Part shown: positions 27,820 to 42,600 of the stretch, in pieces
Layout: every line of letters begins with the position of its first letter
Numbering within the stretch: the stretch's first letter is position 1
From: Eledone cirrhosa
Taxonomy: Eukaryota
Reading direction: 5' to 3'
NCBI GenBank assembly: GCA_964016885.1
Contig: OZ024745.1
Location: 21,886,001 to 21,950,000, forward strand
Length of the DNA stretch: 64,000 nucleotides
Made by a program: the position numbers and the translations under genes
Notes under the pieces: model-generated
What the model was told of the DNA's origin: nothing
What the model saw: only the letters and a program-made list of their open reading frames with translations
The model's database searches: none

Positions 27820-30800
27820 ATGTTTCTGTTCTATATAGTTATGGTTCTGTTCTATATAGTTATGGTTCTGTTCTATATAGTTATGATTCTGTTCTATATA
27901 GTTATGGTTCTGTTCTGTATAGTTATGGTTCTTTTCTATATAGTTATGGGTCTGTTCTATAAAGTTATGTTTCTGTTCTATATAGTTATGGTTCTGTTCT
28001 GTATAGTTATGGTTCTGTTCTATATAGTTATGGTTCTGTTCTATATAGTTATGGTACTATTCTATATAGTTATGGTTCTGTTCTGTGTAGTTATATTTCT
28101 GTTCTATATAGTTATGGTTCTGTTCTGTATAGTTATGGTTCTGTTCTATATAGTTATGTTTCTGTTCTATATAATTATGGTACTGTTCTATATAGTTATA
28201 TTTCTGTTCTATATAGTTATGGTTCTGTTCTGTATAGTTATTGTTCTGTTCTATATAGTTATGGTTCTGTTCTATCTAGTTATGGTTCTGTTCTATATAG
28301 TTATATTTCTGTTCTTTATAGTTATTGTTCTGTTCTATATAGTTATGGTTCTGTTCTATATAGTTATGTTTCTGTTCTAAATAGTTATATTTCTGTTCTG
28401 TATAATTATTGTTCTGTTCTATATAGTTTTGGTTCTGTTCTATATAGTTATGGTTCTGTTCTATATAGTTATGGTTCTGTTCTATATAGTTATGGTTCTG
28501 TTCTGTATAGTTATGGTACTGTTCTATATGGTTATGGTTCTGTTCTATATAGTTATGGTTCTGTTCTATATAGTTATGGTTCTGTTCTATATATTTATAT
28601 TTCTGTTCTATATAGTTATGGTTCTGTTCTGTATAGTTATGGTTCTGTTCTGTATAGTTATGGTACTGTTCTATATGGTTATGGTTCTGTTCTATATAGT
28701 TATGGTTCTGTTCTATATAGTTATATTTCTGTTCTATATAGTTATGGTTCTGTTCTATATAGTTATGGTTCTGTTCTATATAGTTATGGTTCTGTTCTAT
28801 ATAGTTATATTTCTGTTCTGTATAGTTATTGTTCTGTTCTATATAGTTATTGTTCTGTTCTATCTAGTTATGGTTGTTTTCTATATAGTTATGGTTCTGT
28901 TCTATAAAGTTATATTTCTGTTCTATATAGTTATTGTTCTGTTCTATATAGTTATGGTTCTGTTCTATATAGTTATGGTTCTGTTCTATATAATTATATT
29001 TCTGTTCTGTATAGTTATTTTTCTGTTCTATATAGTTATGGTTGTTTTCTATATAGTTATGGTTCTGTTCTATATAGTTATGGTTCTGTTCTATATAGTT
29101 ATATTTCTGTTCTATATAGTTATGGTTCTGTTCTATATAGTTATGGTTCTGTTCTATATAGTTATGGTTCTGTTCTATATAGTTATGGTTCTGTTCTATA
29201 TAGTTATGGTTCTGTTCTATATAGTTATGGTTCTGTTCTATATAGTTATGGTTCTGTTCTATATAGTTATATTTCTGTTCTATATAGTTATGGTTCTGTT
29301 CTATATAGTTATGGTTCTGTTCTATATAGTTATATTTCTGTTCTATATAGTTATGGTTCTGTTCTATATAGTTATGGTTCTCTTCTATATAGTTATATTT
29401 CTGTTCTATATAGTTATGGTTCTGTTCTATATAGTTATGGTTCTGTTCTATATAGTTATGGTTCTGTTCTATATAGTTACGGTTCTGTTCTATACACTTA
29501 TGGTTCTGTTCTATATAGTTATGGTACTGTTCTATATAGTTATGGTTCTGTTCTATATAGTTATATTTCTGTTCTATATAGTTATGGTTCTGTTCCATAT
29601 AGTTATGGTTCTGTTCTGTATAGTTACGGTTCTGTTCTATACAGTTATGGTTCTGTTCTGTATAGTTATGGTTCTGTTCTATATAGTTATATTTCTGTTC
29701 TATATAGTTATGGTTCTGTTCTATATAGTTATGGTTCTGTTCTGTATAGTTATGGTTCTGTTCTATATAGTTATGGTTCTGTTCTGTATAGTTATGGTTC
29801 TGTTCTATATAGTTATATTTCTGTTCTATATAGTTATGGTTCTCTTCTATATAGTTGTGGTTCTGTTCTATATAGTTATGTTTCTGTTCTATATAGTTAT
29901 GGTTCTGTTCTATATAGTTATGGTTCTGTTCTATATAGTTATGATTCTGTTCTATATAGTTATGGTTCTGTTCTGTATAGTTATGGTTCTTTTCTATATA
30001 GTTATGGGTCTGTTCTATAAAGTTATGTTTCTGTTCTATATAGTTATGGTTCTGTTCTGTATAGTTATGGTTCTGTTCTATATAGTTATGGTTCTGTTCT
30101 ATATAGTTATGGTACTATTCTATATAGTTATGGTTCTGTTCTGTGTAGTTATATTTCTGTTCTATATAGTTATGGTTCTGTTCTGTATAGTTATGGTTCT
30201 GTTCTATATAGTTATGTTTCTGTTCTATATAATTATGGTACTGTTCTATATAGTTATATTTCTGTTCTATATAGTTATGGTTCTGTTCTGTATAGTTATT
30301 GTTCTGTTCTATATAGTTATGGTTCTGTTCTATCTAGTTATGGTTCTGTTCTATATAGTTATATTTCTGTTCTTTATAGTTATTGTTCTGTTCTATATAG
30401 TTATGGTTCTGTTCTATATAGTTATGTTTCTGTTCTAAATAGTTATATTTCTGTTCTGTATAATTATTGTTCTGTTCTATATAGTTTTGGTTCTGTTCTA
30501 TATAGTTATGGTTCTGTTCTATATAGTTATGGTTCTGTTCTATATAGTTATGGTTCTGTTCTGTATAGTTATGGTACTGTTCTATATGGTTATGGTTCTG
30601 TTCTATATAGTTATGGTTCTGTTCTATATAGTTATGGTTCTGTTCTATATATTTATATTTCTGTTCTATATAGTTATGGTTCTGTTCTGTATAGTTATGG
30701 TTCTGTTCTGTATAGTTATGGTACTGTTCTATATGGTTATGGTTCTGTTCTATATAGTTATGGTTCTGTTCTATATAGTTATATTTCTGTTCTATATAGT

Positions 30801-31935
30801 TATGGTTCTGTTCTATATAGTTATGGTTCTGTTCTATATAGTTATGGTTCTGTTCTATATAGTTATATTTCTGTTCTGTATAGTTATTGTTCTGTTCTAT
30901 ATAGTTATTGTTCTGTTCTATCTAGTTATGGTTGTTTTCTATATAGTTATGGTTCTGTTCTATAAAGTTATATTTCTGTTCTATATAGTTATTGTTCTGT
31001 TCTATATAGTTATGGTTCTGTTCTATATAGTTATGGTTCTGTTCTATATAATTATATTTCTGTTCTGTATAGTTATTTTTCTGTTCTATATAGTTATGGT
31101 TGTTTTCTATATAGTTATGGTTCTGTTCTATATAGTTATGGTTCTGTTCTATATAGTTATATTTCTGTTCTATATAGTTATGGTTCTGTTCTATATAGTT
31201 ATGGTTCTGTTCTATATAGTTATGGTTCTGTTCTATATAGTTATGGTTCTGTTCTATATAGTTATGGTTCTGTTCTATATAGTTATGGTTCTGTTCTATA
31301 TAGTTATGGTTCTGTTCTATATAGTTATATTTCTGTTCTATATAGTTATGGTTCTGTTCTATATAGTTATGGTTCTGTTCTATATAGTTATATTTCTGTT
31401 CTATATAGTTATGGTTCTGTTCTATATAGTTATGGTTCTCTTCTATATAGTTATATTTCTGTTCTATATAGTTATGGTTCTGTTCTATATAGTTATGGTT
31501 CTGTTCTATATAGTTATGGTTCTGTTCTATATAGTTACGGTTCTGTTCTATACACTTATGGTTCTGTTCTATATAGTTATGGTACTGTTCTATATAGTTA
31601 TGGTTCTGTTCTATATAGTTATATTTCTGTTCTATATAGTTATGGTTCTGTTCCATATAGTTATGGTTCTGTTCTGTATAGTTACGGTTCTGTTCTATAC
31701 AGTTATGGTTCTGTTCTGTATAGTTATGGTTCTGTTCTATATAGTTATATTTCTGTTCTATATAGTTATGGTTCTGTTCTATATAGTTATGGTTCTGTTC
31801 TGTATAGTTATGGTTCTGTTCTATATAGTTATGGTTCTGTTCTGTATAGTTATGGTTCTGTTCTATATAGTTATATTTCTGTTCTATATAGTTATGGTTC
31901 TCTTCTATATAGTTGTGGTTCTGTTCTATATAGTT
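27820..31935. repeat. 2,058-bp (98-monomer) direct tandem duplication: 27820-29877 and 29878-31935
   Basis: TTCTAAATAG at 28378/30436 and TTCCATATAG at 29596/31654. The translated minus-strand ORFs 28864..29598 and 30922..31656 are identical. The monomers just outside the block differ. Confidence 0.92.
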
Positions 31936-34900
31936 ATGGTTCTGTTCTATATAGTTATGGTTCTGTCCTATATAGTTATGGTTCTGTTCTGTATAGTTAT
32001 GGTACTGTTCTATATGGTTATGGTTCTGTTCTATATAGTTATGGTTCTGTTCTATATAGTTATGTTTCTGTTCTATATAGTTATGGTTCTGTTCTATATA
32101 GTTATGTTTCTGTTCTGTATAGTTATGGTTCTGTTCTATATAGTTATGGTTCTGTTCTATATAATTATATTTCTGTTCTGTATAGTTATTGTTCTGTTCT
32201 ATATAGTTATGGTTCTGTTCTATATAATTATGGTTCTGTTCTATATAATTATATTTCTGTTCTGTATAGTTATTGTTCTGTTCTATATAGTTATGGTTCT
32301 GTTCTGTATAGTTATTGTTCTGTTCTATATAGTTATGTTTCTGTTCTATATAGTTATGGTTCTGTTCTATATAGTTATGGTTCTGTTCTATATAATTATA
32401 TTTCTGTTCTGTATAGTTATTCTTCTGTTCTATATAGTTATGGTTCTGTTCTATATAGTTATGGTTCTGTTCTATATAATTATATTTCTGTTCTGTATAG
32501 TTATTGTTCTGTTCTATATAGTTATATTTCTGTTCTATGTAGTTATTGTTCTGTTCTATATAGTTATGGTTCTGTTCTATATAGTTATGGTTCTGTTCTA
32601 TATAATTATATTTCTGTTCTGTATAGTTATTGTTCTGTTCTATATAGTTATGTTTCTGTTCTATATAGTTATGGTTCTGTTCTATATAGTTATATTTCTG
32701 TTCTATATAGTTATGTTTCTGTTCTGTATAGTTATGGTTCTGTTCTATATAGTTATGTTTCTGTTCTATATAGTTATGGGACTGTTCTATATAGTTATAT
32801 TTCTGTTCTATATAGTTATGGTTCTGTTCTGTATAGTTATGGTTCTGTTCTATATAGTTATGTTTCTGTTCTATACAGTTATGGTCCTGTTCTATATAGT
32901 TATGGTTCTGTTCTATATAGTTATATTTCTGTTCTATATAGTTATGGTTCTGTTCTATATAGTTATATTTCTGTTCTATATAGTTATGGTTCTGTTCTGT
33001 ATAGTTATGGTTCTGTTCTATATAGTTATGTTTCTGTTCTATATAGTTATGGTTCTGTTCTATATAGTTATGGTACTATTCTATATAGTTATGGTTCTGT
33101 TCTGTGTAGTTATATTTCTGTTCTATATAGTTATGGTTCTGTTCTATATAGTTATGATTCTGTTCTGTATAGTTATGATTCTGTTCTATATAGTTATGGT
33201 TCTGTTCTATATAGTTATATTTCTGTTCTTTATAGTTATTGTTCTGTTCTATATAGTTATGGTTCTGTTCTATCTAGTTATGGTTCTGTTCTATATAGTT
33301 ATATTTCTGTTCTTTATAGTTATTGTTCTGTTCTATATAGTTATGGTTCTGTTCTATATAGTTATGTTTCTGTTCTAAATAGTTATATTTCTGTTCTGTA
33401 TAATTATTGTTCTGTTCTATATAGTTTTGGTTCTGTTCTATATAGTTATGGTTCTGTTCTATATAGTTATGGTTCTGTTCTATATAGTTATGGTTCTGTT
33501 CTGTATAGTTATGGTACTGTTCTATATGGTTATGGTTCTGTTCTATATAGTTATGGTTCTGTTCTATATAGTTATGGTTCTGTTCTATATATTTATATTT
33601 CTGTTCTATATAGTTATGGTTCTGTTCTGTATAGTTATGGTTCTGTTCTGTATAGTTATGGTTCTGTTCTATATAGTTATGGTTCTGTTCTGTATAGTTA
33701 TGGTTCTGTTCTGTATAGTTATGGTACTGTTCTATATGGTTATGGTTCTGTTCTATATAGTTATGGTTCTGTTCTATATAGTTATATTTCTGTTCTATAT
33801 AGTTATGGTTCTGTTCTATATAGTTATGGTTCTGTTCTATATAGTTATGGTTCTGTTCTATATAGTTATATTTCTGTTCTGTATAGTTATTGTTCTGTTC
33901 TATATAGTTATTGTTCTGTTCTATCTAGTTATGGTTGTTTTCTATATAGTTATGGTTCTGTTCTATAAAGTTATATTTCTGTTCTATATAGTTATTGTTC
34001 TGTTCTATATAGTTATGGTTCTGTTCTATATAGTTATGGTTCTGTTCTATATAATTATATTTCTGTTCTGTATAGTTATTTTTCTGTTCTATATAGTTAT
34101 GGTTGTTTTCTATATAGTTATGGTTCTGTTCTATATAGTTATGGTTCTGTTCTATATAGTTATATTTCTGTTCTATATAGTTATGGTTCTGTTCTATATA
34201 GTTATGGTTCTGTTCTATATAGTTATGGTTCTGTTCTATATAGTTATGGTTCTGTTCTATATAGTTATGGTTCTGTTCTATATAGTTATGGTTCTGTTCT
34301 ATATAGTTATATTTCTGTTCTATATAGTTATGGTTCTGTTCTATATAGTTATGGTTCTGTTCTATATAGTTATATTTCTGTTCTATATAGTTATGGTTCT
34401 GTTCTATATAGTTATGGTTCTCTTCTATATAGTTATATTTCTGTTCTATATAGTTATGGTTCTGTTCTATATAGTTATGGTTCTGTTCTATATAGTTATG
34501 GTTCTGTTCTATATAGTTACGGTTCTGTTCTATACACTTATGGTTCTGTTCTATATAGTTATGGTACTGTTCTATATAGTTATGGTTCTGTTCTATATAG
34601 TTATATTTCTGTTCTATATAGTTATGGTTCTGTTCCATATAGTTATGGTTCTGTTCTGTATAGTTACGGTTCTGTTCTATACAGTTATGGTTCTGTTCTG
34701 TATAGTTATGGTTCTGTTCTATATAGTTATATTTCTGTTCTATATAGTTATGGTTCTGTTCTATATAGTTATGGTTCTGTTCTGTATAGTTATGGTTCTG
34801 TTCTATATAGTTATGGTTCTGTTCTGTATAGTTATGGTTCTGTTCTATATAGTTATATTTCTGTTCTATATAGTTATGGTTCTCTTCTATATAGTTGTGG

Positions 34901-36681
34901 TTCTGTTCTATATAGTTATGGTTCTGTTCTATATAGTTATGGTTCTGTCCTATATAGTTATGGTTCTGTTCTGTATAGTTATGGTACTGTTCTATATGGT
35001 TATGGTTCTGTTCTATATAGTTATGGTTCTGTTCTATATAGTTATGTTTCTGTTCTATATAGTTATGGTTCTGTTCTATATAGTTATGTTTCTGTTCTGT
35101 ATAGTTATGGTTCTGTTCTATATAGTTATGGTTCTGTTCTATATAATTATATTTCTGTTCTGTATAGTTATTGTTCTGTTCTATATAGTTATGGTTCTGT
35201 TCTATATAATTATGGTTCTGTTCTATATAATTATATTTCTGTTCTGTATAGTTATTGTTCTGTTCTATATAGTTATGGTTCTGTTCTGTATAGTTATTGT
35301 TCTGTTCTATATAGTTATGTTTCTGTTCTATATAGTTATGGTTCTGTTCTATATAGTTATGGTTCTGTTCTATATAATTATATTTCTGTTCTGTATAGTT
35401 ATTGTTCTGTTCTATATAGTTATGGTTCTGTTCTATATAGTTATGGTTCTGTTCTATATAATTATATTTCTGTTCTGTATAGTTATTGTTCTGTTCTATA
35501 TAGTTATATTTCTGTTCTATGTAGTTATTGTTCTGTTCTATATAGTTATGGTTCTGTTCTATATAGTTATGGTTCTGTTCTATATAATTATATTTCTGTT
35601 CTGTATAGTTATTGTTCTGTTCTATATAGTTATGTTTCTGTTCTATATAGTTATGGTTCTGTTCTATATAGTTATATTTCTGTTCTATATAGTTATGGTT
35701 CTGTTCTGTATAGTTATGGTTCTGTTCTATATAGTTATGTTTCTGTTCTATATAGTTATGGGACTGTTCTATATAGTTATATTTCTGTTCTATATAGTTA
35801 TGGTTCTGTTCTGTATAGTTATGGTTCTGTTCTATATAGTTATGTTTCTGTTCTATACAGTTATGGTCCTGTTCTATATAGTTATGGTTCTGTTCTATAT
35901 AGTTATATTTCTGTTCTATATAGTTATGGTTCTGTTCTATATAGTTATATTTCTGTTCTATATAGTTATGGTTCTGTTCTGTATAGTTATGGTTCTGTTC
36001 TATATAGTTATGTTTCTGTTCTATATAGTTATGGTTCTGTTCTATATAGTTATGGTTCTGTTCTATATAGTTATTGTTCTGTTCTATATAGTTATGGTTC
36101 TGTTCTGTATAGTTATGGTTCTTTTCTATATAGTTATGGGTCTGTTCTATAAAGTTATGTTTCTGTTCTATATAGTTATGGTTCTGTTCTGTATAGTTAT
36201 GGTTCTGTTCTATATAGTTATTGTTCTGTTCTATATAGTTATGGTACTATTCTATATAGTTATGGTTCTGTTCTGTGTAGTTATATTTCTGTTCTATATA
36301 GTTATGGTTCTGTTCTATATAGTTATGATTCTGTTCTGTATAGTTATGGTTCTGTTCTATATAGTTATGGTTCTGTTCTATATAGTTATATTTCTGTTCT
36401 TTATAGTTATTGTTCTGTTCTATATAGTTATGGTTCTGTTCTATCTAGTTATGGTTCTGTTCTATATAGTTATATTTCTGTTCTTTATAGTTATTGTTCT
36501 GTTCTATATAGTTATGGTTCTGTTCTATATAGTTATGTTTCTGTTCTATATAGTTATATTTCTGTTCTGTATAATTATTGTTCTGTTCTATATAGTTTTG
36601 GTTCTGTTCTATATAGTTATGGTTCTGTTCTATATAGTTATGGTTCTGTTCTATATAGTTATGGTTCTGTTCTATATAGTT

Positions 36682-39600
36682 ATTATTCTGTTCTGTATAG
36701 TTATGGTACTGTTCTATATGGTTATGGTTCTGTTCTATATAGTTATGGTTCTGTTCTATATAGTTATGGTTCTGTTCTGTATAGTTATGGTACTGTTCTA
36801 TATGGTTATGGTTCTGTTCTATATAGTTATGGTTCTGTTCTATATAGTTATGGTTCTGTTCTATATAGTTATATTTCTGTTCTATATAGTTATGGTTCTG
36901 TTCTGTATAGTTATGGTTCTGTTCTGTATAGTTATGGTTCTGTTCTATATAGTTATGGTTCTGTTCTGTATAGTTATGGTTCTGTTCTGTATAGTTATGG
37001 TACTGTTCTATATGGTTATGGTTCTGTTCTATATAGTTATGGTTCTGTTCTATATAGTTATATTTCTGTTCTATATAGTTATGGTTCTGTTCTATATAGT
37101 TATGGTTCTGTTCTATATAGTTATGGTTCTGTTCTATATAGTTATATTTCTGTTCTGTATAGTTATTGTTCTGTTCTATATAGTTATTGTTCTGTTCTAT
37201 CTAGTTATGGTTGTTTTCTATATAGTTATGGTTCTGTTCTATATAGTTATATTTCTGTTCTATATAGTTATTGTTCTGTTCTATATAGTTATGGTTCTGT
37301 TCTATATAGTTATGGTTCTGTTCTATATAATTATATTTCTGTTCTGTATAGTTATTTTTCTGTTCTATATAGTTATGGTTCTGTTCTATATAGTTATGGT
37401 TCTGTTCTATATAGTTATGTTTCTGTTCTATATAGTTATGGTTCTGTTCTATATAGTTATGGTTCTGTTCTATATAGTTATGGTTCTGTTCTATATAGTT
37501 ATGGTTCTGTTCTGTATAGTTATGGTTCTTTTCTATATAGTTATGGATCTGTTCTATATAGTTATGGTTCTGTTCTATATAGTTATGTTTCTGTTCTGTA
37601 TAGTTATGGTTCTGTTCTATATAGTTATGGTTCTGCTCTATATAATTATGGTACTATTCTATATAGTTATGGTTCTGTTCTGTATAGTTATATTTCTGTT
37701 CTATATAGTTATGGTTCTGTTCTATATAGTTATGATTCTGTTCTGTATAGTTATGGTTCTGTTCTATATATTTATGGTTCTGTTGTATATAGTTATATTT
37801 CTGTTCTTTATAGTTATTGTTCTGTTCTATATAGTTATGGTTCTGTTCTATCTAGTTATGGTTCTGTTCTATATAGTTATGGTTCTGTTCTATATAGTTA
37901 TATTTCTGTTCTATATAGTTATTGTTCTGTTCTATATAGTTATGGTTCTGTTCTATATAGTTATATTTCTGTTCTGTATAGTTATTGTTCTGTTCTATAT
38001 AGTTTTGGTTCTGTTCTATATAGTTATGGTTCTGTTCTATATAGTTATATTTCTGTTCTATATAGTTATATTTTTGTTCTATATAGTTATGGTTCTGTTC
38101 TGTATAGTTATGGTTCTGTTCTGTATAGTTATGGTACTGTTCTATATAGTTATGGTCCTGTTCTATATAGTTATGGTTCTGTTCTATATATTTATGGTTC
38201 TGTTCTATATAGTTATGGTTCTGTTCTATATAGTTATGGTTCTTTTCTATATAGTTATGGTTCTGTTCTATATAGTTATGGTTCTGTTCTATATAGTTAT
38301 ATTTCTGTTCTATATAGTTATTGTTCTGTTCTATATAGTTATGGTTCTGTTCTATATAGTTCTGGTTCTGTTCTGTATAGTTATGGTTCTGTTCTATATA
38401 GTTATGGTTCTGTTCTGTATAGTTATGGTTCTGTTCTATATAGTTATTGTTCTGTTCTATATAGTTATGGTTCTGTTCTATATAGTTATGGTTCTGTTCT
38501 GTATAGTTATGGTTCTGTTCTATATAGTTATGGTTCTGTTCTGTTTAGTTATGGTTCTGTTCTATATAGTAATCGTTCTGTTCTGTATAGTTATGGTACT
38601 GTTCTGTATAGTTATGATTCTGTTCTATACAGTTATATTTCTGTTCTATATAGTTATGGTACTGTTCTATATAGTTATGGTTCTGTTCTGTATAGTTATG
38701 GTTCTGTTCTATATAGTTATGGTTCTGTTCTATATAGTAATGGTTCTGTTCTATATAGTTATGGTTCTGTTCTATATAGTTATGGTTCTGTTCTATATAG
38801 TTATGGCTCTGTTCTATATAGTTATGTTTCTGTTCTATATAGTTATATCTCTGTTCTATATAGTTATGGTTCTGTTCTGTATAGTTATGGTTCTGTTCTA
38901 TATAGTTATATTTCTGTTCTATGTAGTTATGGTTCTGTTCTATATAGTTATGGTTCTCTTCTATATAGTTATATTTCTGTTCTATATAGTTATGGTTCTG
39001 TTCTATATAGTTATGGTTCTGTTCTATATAGTTATGGTTCTGTTCTATATAGTTACGGTTCTGTTCTATACACTTATGTTTCTGTTCTATATAGTTATGG
39101 TACTGTTCTATATAGTTATGGTTCTGTTCTATATAGTTATATTTCTGTTCTATATAGTTATGGTTCTGTTCTATATAGTTATGGTTCTGTTCTATATAGT
39201 TATATTTCTGTTCTATATAGTTATGGTTCTGTTCTATATAGTTATGGTTCTGTTCTATATAGTTATATTTCTGTTCTATATAGTTATGATTCTGTTCTAT
39301 ATAGTTATGGTTCTGTTCTGTATAGTTGCGGTTTTGTTCTATACAGTTATGGTTCTGTTCTATATAGTTATGGTTCTGTTCTGTATAGTTATGGTTCTGT
39401 TCTATATAGTTATATTTCTGTTCTATATAGTTATGGTTCTGTTCTATATAGTTGTGGTTCTGTTCTATATAGTTATGGTTCTGTTCTATATAGTTATGGT
39501 TCTGTCCTATATAGTTATGGTTCTGTTCTGTATAGTTATGGTACTGTTCTATATGGTTATTGTTCTGTTCTATATAGTTATGGTTCTGTTCTATATAGTT

Positions 39601-42600
39601 ATGTTTCTGTTCTATATAGTTATGGTTCTGTTCTATATAGTTATGTTTCTGTTCTGTATAGTTATGGTTCTGTTCTATATAGTTATGGTTCTGTTCTATA
39701 TAATTATATTTCTGTTCTGTATAGTTATTGTTCTGTTCTATATAGTTATGGTTCTGTTCTATATAGTTATATTTCTGTTCTGTATAGTTATGGTTCTGTT
39801 CTATATAGTTATATTTCTGTTCTATGTAGTTATTGTTCTGTTCTATATAGTTATGGTTCTGTTCTATATAGTTATGGTTCTGTTCTATATAATTATATTT
39901 CTGTTCTGTATAGTTATTGTTCTGTTCTATATAGTTATGTTTCTGTTCTATATAGTTATGGTACTGTTCTATATAGTTATATTTCTGTTCTATATAGTTA
40001 TGGTTCTGTTCTGTATAGTTATGGTTCTGTTCTATATAGTTCTGTTGTCTGTTCTATACAGTTATGGTCCTGTTCTATATAGTTATGGTTCTGTTCTATA
40101 TAGTTATATTTCTGTTCTATATAGTTATGGTTCTGTTCTATATAGTTATATTTCTGTTCTATATAGTTATGGTTCTGTTCTGTATAGTTATGGTTCTGTT
40201 CTATATAGTTATGTTTCTGTTCTATATAGTTATGGTTCTGTTCTATATAGTTATGGTTCTGTTCTATATAGTTCTGCTTCTGTTCTATATAGTTATGGTT
40301 CTGTTCTGTATAGTTATGGTTCTTTTCTATATAGTTATGGGTCTGTTCTATAAAGTTATGTTTCTGTTCTATATAGTTATGGTTCTGTTCTGTATAGTTA
40401 TGGTTCTGTTCTATATAGTTATGGTTCTGTTCTATATAGTTATGGTACTATTCTATATAGTTATGGTTCTGTTCTGTGTAGTTATATTTCTGTTCTATAT
40501 AGTTATGGTTCTGTTCTATATAGTTATGATTCTGTTCTGTATAGTTATGGTTCTGTTCTATATAGTTATGGTTCTGTTCTATATAGTTATATTTCTGTTC
40601 TTTATAGTTATTGTTCTGTTCTATATAGTTATGGTTCTGTTCTATCTAGTTATGGTTCTGTTCTATATAGTTATATTTCTGTTCTTTATAGTTATTGTTC
40701 TGTTCTATATAGTTATGGTTCTGTTCTATATAGTTATGTTTCTGTTCTATATAGTTATATTTCTGTTCTGTATAATTATTGTTCTGTTCTATATAGTTTT
40801 GGTTCTGTTCTATATAGTTATGGTTCTGTTCTATATAGTTATATTTCTGTTCTATATAGTTATATTTCTGTTCTATATAGTTATGGTTCTGTTCTGTATA
40901 GTTATGGTTCTGTTCTGTATAGTTATGGTACTGTTCTATATAGTTATGGTCCTGTTCTATATAGTTATGGTTCTGTTCTATATATTTATGGTTCTGTTCT
41001 ATATAGTTATGGTTCTGTTCTATATAGTTATGGTTCTTTTCTATATAGTTATGGTTATGTTCTATATAGTTATGGTTCTGTTCTATATAGTTATATTTCT
41101 GTTCTATATAGTTATTGTTCTGTTCTATATAGTTATGGTTCTGTTCTATATAGTTATGGTTCTGTTCTATATAGTTATATTTCTGTTCTATATAGTTATT
41201 GTTCTGTTCTATATAGTTGTGGTTCTGTTCTATATAGTCATGGTCCTGTTCTATATAGTTATGGTTCTGTTCTATATAGTTATGGTTCTGTTCTATATAG
41301 TTATTATTCTGTTCTGTATAGTTATGGTACTGTTCTATATGGTTATGGTTCTGTTCTATATAGTTATGGTTCTGTTCTATATAGTTATGGTTCTGTTCTG
41401 TATAGTTATGGTACTGTTCTATATGGTTATGGTTCTGTTCTATATAGTTATGGTCCTGTTCTATATAGTTATGGTTCTGTTCTATATAGTTATATTTCTG
41501 TTCTATATAGTTATGGTTCTCTTCTGTATAGTTATGGTTCTGTTCTGTATAGTTATGGTTCTGTTCTATATAGTTATGGTTCTGTTCTGTATAGTTATGG
41601 TTCTGTTCTGTATAGTTATGGTACTGTTCTATATGGTTATGGTTCTGTTCTATATAGTTATGGTTCTGTTCTATATAGTTATATTTCTGTTCTATATAGT
41701 TATGGTTCTGTTCTATATAGTTATGGTTCTGTTCTATATAGTTATGGTTCTGTTCTATATAGTTATATTTCTGTTCTGTATAGTTATTGTTCTGTTCTAT
41801 ATAGTTATTGTTCTGTTCTATCTAGTTATGGTTGTTTTCTATATAGTTATGGTTCTGTTCTATATAGTTATATTTCTGTTCTATATAGTTATTGTTCTGT
41901 TCTATATAGTTATGGTTCTGTTCTATATAGTTATGGTTCTGTTCTATATAATTATATTTCTGTTCTGTATAGTTATTTTTCTGTTCTATATAGTTATGGT
42001 TCTGTTCTATATAGTTATGGTTCTGTTCTATATAGTTATGTTTCTGTTCTATATAGTTATGGTTCTGTTCTATATAGTTATGGTTCTGTTCTATATAGTT
42101 ATGGTTCTGTTCTATATAGTTATGGTTCTGTTCTGTATAGTTATGGTTCTTTTCTATATAGTTATGGATCTGCTCTATATAGTTATGGTTCTGTTCTATA
42201 TAGTTATGTTTCTGTTCTGTATAGTTATGGTTCTGTTCTATATAGTTATGGTTCTGCTCTATATAATTATGGTACTATTCTATATAGTTATGGTTCTGTT
42301 CTGTATAGTTATATTTCTGTTCTATATAGTTATGTTTCTGTTCTATATAGTTATGATTCTGTTCTGTATAGTTATGGTTCTGTTCTATATAGTTATGGTT
42401 CTGTTCTATATAGTTATATTTCTGTTCTTTATAGTTATTGTTCTGTTCTATATAGTTATGGTTCTGTTCTATCTAGTTATGGTTCTGTTCTATATAGTTA
42501 TGGTTCTGTTCTATATAGTTATATTTCTGTTCTATATAGTTATTGTTCTGTTCTATATAGTTATGGTTCTGTTCTATATAGTTATATTTCTGTTCTGTAT

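Noticed and set aside
28864-34638. Minus-strand NYIEQNH heptad ORFs (coiled-coil or antigen-like)
   Set aside because: The ATG comes from the single TTCCAT variant copied three times. This frame is stopped repeatedly across the array by common variants (TATCTA, CTATTC, TATTTA).
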